Shown here: positions 17,985 through 18,186 of the stretch, piece by piece
Layout of the letters: each line of letters begins with the position of its first letter
Position numbering within the stretch: the stretch's first letter is position 1
Source: Nitrospira japonica
GTDB taxonomy: Bacteria; Nitrospirota; Thermodesulfovibrionia; Thermodesulfovibrionales; SM23-35
Direction: 5' to 3'
Assembly (NCBI GenBank): GCA_020725385.1
Contig: DYFC01000066.1
Span: 1-18,186 of the forward strand
DNA length: 18,186 bases
Notes under the pieces: model-generated
Told to the model about the DNA's origin: nothing
Databases searched by the model: none
The model's input: the letters and a program-made list of their open reading frames with translations, nothing else
Position numbers and translations under genes: made by a program

Positions 17985-18060
17985 TGGCTCCCGGGGAGGG
18001 ACTCGAACCCCCGACAGGGTGGTTAACAGCCACCTGCTCTGCCGACTGAGCTACCCGGGA
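17985..18060 (-). tRNA. tRNA-Asn (GTT)
   Basis: 76 nt TCCCGGGTAGCTCAGTCGGCAGAGCAGGTGGCTGTTAACCACCCTGTCGGGGGTTCGAGTCCCTCCCCGGGAGCCA; full cloverleaf, GTT anticodon, GGTTCGA T-loop, G73 discriminator, encoded CCA. Confidence 0.98.
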
Positions 18061-18070
18061 ACAGATTATT

Positions 18071-18100
18071 TTTATAACAAAATATTTCTACTTTTGTCAA
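18071..18100 (-). promoter_or_regulatory. Putative sigma70 promoter of tRNA-Asn
   Basis: Minus strand TTGACA (18100-18095), 18-nt spacer ending in TGT (extended -10), TATAAA (18076-18071), 10 nt upstream of the tRNA. Confidence 0.7.
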
Positions 18101-18108
18101 ATTAACGA

Positions 18109-18170
18109 ATTGCCTCATCAAAAATCTAACTGAAAATGATTCATTGCCTCATTTAAAAATCTAAATGAAA
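18109..18170. repeat. Imperfect direct repeat, 2 copies
   Basis: ATTGCCTCATCAAAAATCTAACTGAAA (18109-18135) and ATTGCCTCATTTAAAAATCTAAATGAAA (18143-18170). Confidence 0.65.
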
Positions 18171-18186
18171 TAGAAAGACATTACAA

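Noticed and set aside
17782-18033. 83-aa minus-strand ORF in the track
   Set aside because: Its start lies within tRNA-Asn; only MSYFIYI is real coding (start of the GIY-YIG gene) and the rest is the out-of-frame read after the TA tract.
18109-18170. CRISPR array
   Set aside because: Only two imperfect copies with a 7-nt gap; no spacer-length unique sequence and no cas genes.

Overview
AT-rich bacterial window with a housekeeping left half and an accessory right half. Left (+ strand): rhomboid protease, a zinc-ribbon/pseudo-receiver protein, a perfect CIRCE element, groES-groEL with terminator, a Ycf46-like AAA ATPase, mltG and ispG. Right: an orphan 768-aa GHKL-type ATPase (- strand), a 2532-aa polypeptide with about eight glycosyltransferase-like modules (+ strand), and tRNA-Asn(GTT) (- strand). 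The most unusual structure is missed by the ORF track. Directly downstream of tRNA-Asn lies a small GIY-YIG nuclease gene, frameshifted in a (TA)6 tract. Its 3' end runs into a second, 5'-truncated copy of the same tRNA, in which two internal segments are replaced by related 18-nt palindromes (TCCCGAN-N4-NTCGGGA). This tRNA / GIY-YIG / palindrome-edited tRNA-copy cassette is the best candidate for an undescribed mobile or REP-like system. All calls are from motif reading only; no database searches were run.
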